Under the pieces are notes generated by a model. The model ran no database searches. It was not told where the DNA came from and worked only from the letters and a program-made list of their open reading frames with translations. DNA of 64,000 bases from a bacterium (GTDB lineage: Bacteria > NPL-UPA2 > JAUVJM01). This document shows positions 61,208-64,000 of this stretch, piece after piece. The stretch's first letter is position 1; each line of letters begins with the position of its first letter. Position numbers and translations under genes: made by a program. The DNA is taken from positions 5,369-69,368 of the forward strand of contig JAUWGW010000005.1 of assembly GCA_030606215.1 (NCBI GenBank), given 5' to 3'.

Positions 61208-62989
61208 ATGGTGGAAAGTATTGAGGGGTTGAATAGAACATATTTCTGCGGTGAGTTGAAGAAGAAAAACTCTGGTGAGGAAGTTACCCTGATGGGCTGG
61301 GTGGACACGAGGCGTGACCACGGAGGGTTGATTTTTATTGATTTAAGAGACAAAACTGGGGTAACGCAGGTAACTTTTAATTCTGAGGCGAACGAGGAGC
61401 TCCATAAGAAGGTAGGGGAACTCAGGAGTGAATATGTAATTGCAGTGAAGGGGAAGGTTATTGAGAGACCTGCTGGAACAGTAAATAAAGCTATTGCCAC
61501 AGGTGAAATTGAAATTGAAGCGGCTGAGCTCAGAATTCTGAACCCCTCTGCCACTCCTCCATTTGAAATCAATAGTGAAGTTCTGCCTGGAGAAGACGTG
61601 AGGCTGAAATACAGATATATTGACCTGAGACGGCCAAAGATGCTTAAAAACCTTATTCTCAGGCACAGAGTCGTAAAATCTGTCAGGGATTTTCTTGATA
61701 GGGAGGGATTCATTGAAATTGAGACTCCTTTCCTGACTAAAAGCACTCCTGAGGGAGCGCGTGATTACCTTGTGCCGAGCAGAGTTAACCCGGGAGAATT
61801 TTATGCGCTGCCACAGTCACCCCAGCTTTTAAAGCAGATGCTTATGGTAGCAGGAATTGACAGATATTTTCAGATTGTGAAGTGTTTCAGGGATGAGGAC
61901 TTGAGAGCTGATAGACAGCCGGAACATACCCAGATAGATGTGGAGATGTCTTTTGTATCCCCTGAAGATATTTACAGTTTAGTGGAAGGGATGATGAAAT
62001 ACGCGTTCAAAGTGAGTCTTGATATTGAGCTTAAAACTCCTTTTAAGCGTATAGGTTATAGAGAAGCAATGGATAATTATGGAATTGATAAACCTGACTT
62101 AAGGTTCGGTATGGAATTTGAAGATATATCTGATATTGTGGGTGATGTGGATTTTAAGGTTTTTTGCGAAGCTGTTAAATCTGGTGGTGTTGTGAAAGGG
62201 ATAAAAGTCATGGGTGGCGCAGAGGTTTCAAATCGTTCTATAGAAGATTTTATAGAATTTGTCCGTTCGCAGGGTGCAAGCGGACTTGTATGGTTTAAAG
62301 TTGGTAAAAATGATGTTCGTTCTCCTGTTTCTAAATTCTTTAAAGAAGAGAAACTAATTGAGATTAGAGACCGCATGTCTGCTGAAGCCGGTGACCTGCT
62401 TCTTTTTATTGCAGGGGAATCTGGTGTAGTATCATCTTCTCTTGGGAAACTTCGTCTTGAGCTTGCTAAGAAGCGCGGTCTGGTTGATGAAAAGAAATTC
62501 AATTTTGTATGGGTTGTTGGTTTTCCATTGTTTGAATTTAATGAGGAAGAGAAAAAGCTTGAGTCTGCACATCATCCTTTCTGTATGCCGATTGAAAACG
62601 ATATTGAGCTTTTGGAAAATGAACCTCAGAGGGTTAGAGCTAAAGCCTATGACCTGGTCTTGAACGGGGAAGAAATTGCAAGCGGGAGCATTAGAATTCA
62701 TGTTCCTGATATTCAACGCAGAGTTTTTAGAGCATTAGGTCTGTCAGATGATGAAGTGGAAACCAAATTCGGCTTTTTCCTGTCTGCGCTTGGTTATGGA
62801 GCTCCTCCTCATGGGGGAATTGCATTGGGGCTGGATAGGCTTGTTATGTTGATGGCAGGGGAGGAGTCAATTCGGGATGTTATCGCTTTCCCTAAGACGC
62901 AGAAAGGTTTATGCCTTCTCACAGGCAGCCCATCCCCGGTTGATGAGAAACAGTTAAAAGAATTGCATATTAAAGTGGATGGAAAGTGA
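61208..62989 (+). CDS. aspS: aspartate--tRNA ligase (discriminating/bacterial long type with GAD insertion)
   Basis: 593 aa with an OB fold, class II core ([18 protein letters not shown]) and a GAD domain. Confidence 0.95.
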   Translation: MVESIEGLNRTYFCGELKKKNSGEEVTLMGWVDTRRDHGGLIFIDLRDKTGVTQVTFNSEANEELHKKVGELRSEYVIAVKGKVIERPAGTVNKAIATGEIEIEAAELRILNPSATPPFEINSEVLPGEDVRLKYRYIDLRRPKMLKNLILRHRVVKSVRDFLDREGFIEIETPFLTKSTPEGARDYLVPSRVNPGEFYALPQSPQLLKQMLMVAGIDRYFQIVKCFRDEDLRADRQPEHTQIDVEMSFVSPEDIYSLVEGMMKYAFKVSLDIELKTPFKRIGYREAMDNYGIDKPDLRFGMEFEDISDIVGDVDFKVFCEAVKSGGVVKGIKVMGGAEVSNRSIEDFIEFVRSQGASGLVWFKVGKNDVRSPVSKFFKEEKLIEIRDRMSAEAGDLLLFIAGESGVVSSSLGKLRLELAKKRGLVDEKKFNFVWVVGFPLFEFNEEEKKLESAHHPFCMPIENDIELLENEPQRVRAKAYDLVLNGEEIASGSIRIHVPDIQRRVFRALGLSDDEVETKFGFFLSALGYGAPPHGGIALGLDRLVMLMAGEESIRDVIAFPKTQKGLCLLTGSPSPVDEKQLKELHIKVDGK

Positions 62990-63024
62990 ACCCAGCTGCA
63001 TCAGTTTGATGAGGTAAATAAGCA

Positions 63025-63537
63025 ATGGAGAAGACGATAAAAATTATAAACGAGCTCCAGAAAAAGGGATTAATTAAAGATTATGCTATAGGTGGAGGAA
63101 TTGCAACGATATTCTATGTCGAACCTATCCTTACCTATGACCTGGATATTTTCTTTATCTCTTCAGAAGAAGAAAAAGGAATAACAACACTTTCATCAAT
63201 ATACGACTGGTTTAAAAGAAAGGGTTATAAGCCGTACAAGGAACACATCATTATAGAAGGCATACCAGTGCAATTTATACCAGTTTATAATGAGTTGGTA
63301 AACGATGCAATTAAAGAGATAGTTGAAGTAAAATATAAGAATGTAAAAACAAGGGTTTTGAAGCCCGAATATTTAATAGCAATAATGATGGAAACATTTA
63401 GACCGAAAGATAAGGAAAGAATAATAAAACTTTTAGATGAGGCAAAAATAGATATGGATTATCTTTCAAGAATTTTACAAAAGCATGGATTAGACAAAAA
63501 ATTTGAGCGTTTTATGAGGTTGTATTATGAAAAATAA
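63025..63537 (+). CDS. compact AbiEii-like nucleotidyltransferase-fold protein, paralogue of 9699-10271
   Basis: AIGGGIATIFYVEPILTYDLDIFF (GG...T.DLD) and C-terminal LIAIMMETFRPKDKERIIKLL. These align with IIGGVAASILGKARFTADIDGLIF and LIIMKAVAHRPIDLEDIRSVL of the first copy. Confidence 0.5.
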   Translation: MEKTIKIINELQKKGLIKDYAIGGGIATIFYVEPILTYDLDIFFISSEEEKGITTLSSIYDWFKRKGYKPYKEHIIIEGIPVQFIPVYNELVNDAIKEIVEVKYKNVKTRVLKPEYLIAIMMETFRPKDKERIIKLLDEAKIDMDYLSRILQKHGLDKKFERFMRLYYEK

Positions 63538-63712
63538 AGTTCTTTACAAGAAAGAAATTGAAGATTTATTCAAAGCAAAAGATTCATTCCATAAAGAACT
63601 TGCAGAAATACCGTTTGATGAAAAGATAAAAACACTTATTCACTTACAAAAAATTGCAAATAGTATACCGACATCTTCAAAGAAAAAGCGAAGAATATGG
63701 GAGATTTCCTAA
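63527..63712 (+). CDS. small hypothetical protein, possible partner of the nucleotidyltransferase
   Basis: 61-aa ORF overlapping the NTase stop by 11 nt. Weak similarity to the 88-aa partner of the first module. Confidence 0.3.
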   Translation: MKNKVLYKKEIEDLFKAKDSFHKELAEIPFDEKIKTLIHLQKIANSIPTSSKKKRRIWEIS

Positions 63713-63755
63713 TAAACCTGTTAGCTGGTATTCTTTTGTGGGGTAGGAGGGGGAG

Positions 63756-64000
63756 TTGGTTAAGAAGATAGAGTTTAAGAATAGCCAGGAGGCGGTTGCG
63801 GTTTGCGGTAGGCATGATGAGAATGTCAGACTGATTGATAGAGAATTAGGTGTGCGGATAATAAGCAGGGGAAATGAAATCACTATTGAGGGTGAACCTG
63901 AGGAAGTTCAAAAATCGTTGCGCTTTTTTGAGACATTACTTTTTGTTGTGAGGGGAGGGCAGCCAATCAGGCGTCATGAGATAAAGTATACTCTGGAGGC
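63756..64000 (+). CDS. PhoH-like protein, N-terminal (KH-like) part; runs off the window end
   Basis: From a TTG start after an AGGAGGGGGA RBS: VKKIEFKNSQEAVAVCGRHDENVRLIDRELGVRIISRGNEITIEGEPEEVQKSL. This matches the PhoH/YbeZ N-terminal domain. Confidence 0.55.
   Translation, partial: MVKKIEFKNSQEAVAVCGRHDENVRLIDRELGVRIISRGNEITIEGEPEEVQKSLRFFETLLFVVRGGQPIRRHEIKYTLE

Noticed and set aside
1-64000. Search for tRNA, rRNA and CRISPR loci in all intergenic gaps longer than 60 nt
   Set aside because: No cloverleaf-compatible sequences, rRNA-like stretches or repeat-spacer arrays were seen. Gaps are explained by promoters, hairpins, the riboswitch and the repeat elements.

Overview
This 64-kb window looks like chromosomal DNA from an uncultivated bacterium. 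It is almost entirely coding on the + strand. The backbone is conserved housekeeping operons.

The first is the distal spc/alpha ribosomal-protein operon: rplN 3' end, rplX, rplE, rpsN(Z), rpsH, rplF, rplR, rpsE, rplO, secY, adk, infA, rpmJ, rpsM, rpsK, rpsD, rpoA, rplQ. L30 is absent. The next run is rplU, rpmA, obg, proB, proA, nadD, rsfS, argS and lipB, then an aminotransferase, thrC, apgM, lysC, a cimA-type gene, valS, uvrB, nadC, birA, coaX, an IMPDH-family gene and dnaE. These are followed by hup with a glycine riboswitch-controlled gcvT-gcvH-gcvPA-gcvPB operon, a lipM/lplA-like gene and serA. The window ends with an hldE(adenylyltransferase)-gmhB fusion, a GntR-regulated catabolic cluster (two SDRs, a solute-binding protein, an ALDH and a TPP-dependent E1 alpha/beta pair), cysK, hisS, aspS and the 5' end of a phoH-like gene.

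Interleaved with this backbone are small accessory insertions. At least eight are toxin-antitoxin-like modules: RHH-MazF, VapBC, MNT-HEPN, an orphan HicB with a HicA remnant, BrnTA, DUF4258/DUF2283, and two paralogous compact AbiEii-like nucleotidyltransferase pairs. There is also an Arch_ATPase/DUF234 ATPase and a truncated tyrosine-recombinase fragment.

Several repeat and rearrangement signatures stand out. A ~130-bp palindromic repeat occurs in two inverted copies bracketing hup plus the gcv operon. A GC-rich palindromic ~90-nt element sits in-frame inside the lipM-like gene. An internally deleted second copy of the URO-D-like gene lies next to a nucleotidyltransferase cassette. A nested perfect hairpin spans the whole rpmA-obg spacer.

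No rRNA, tRNA or CRISPR array was seen. Coordinates of non-coding features were read by eye from the sequence and may be off by a few nucleotides.
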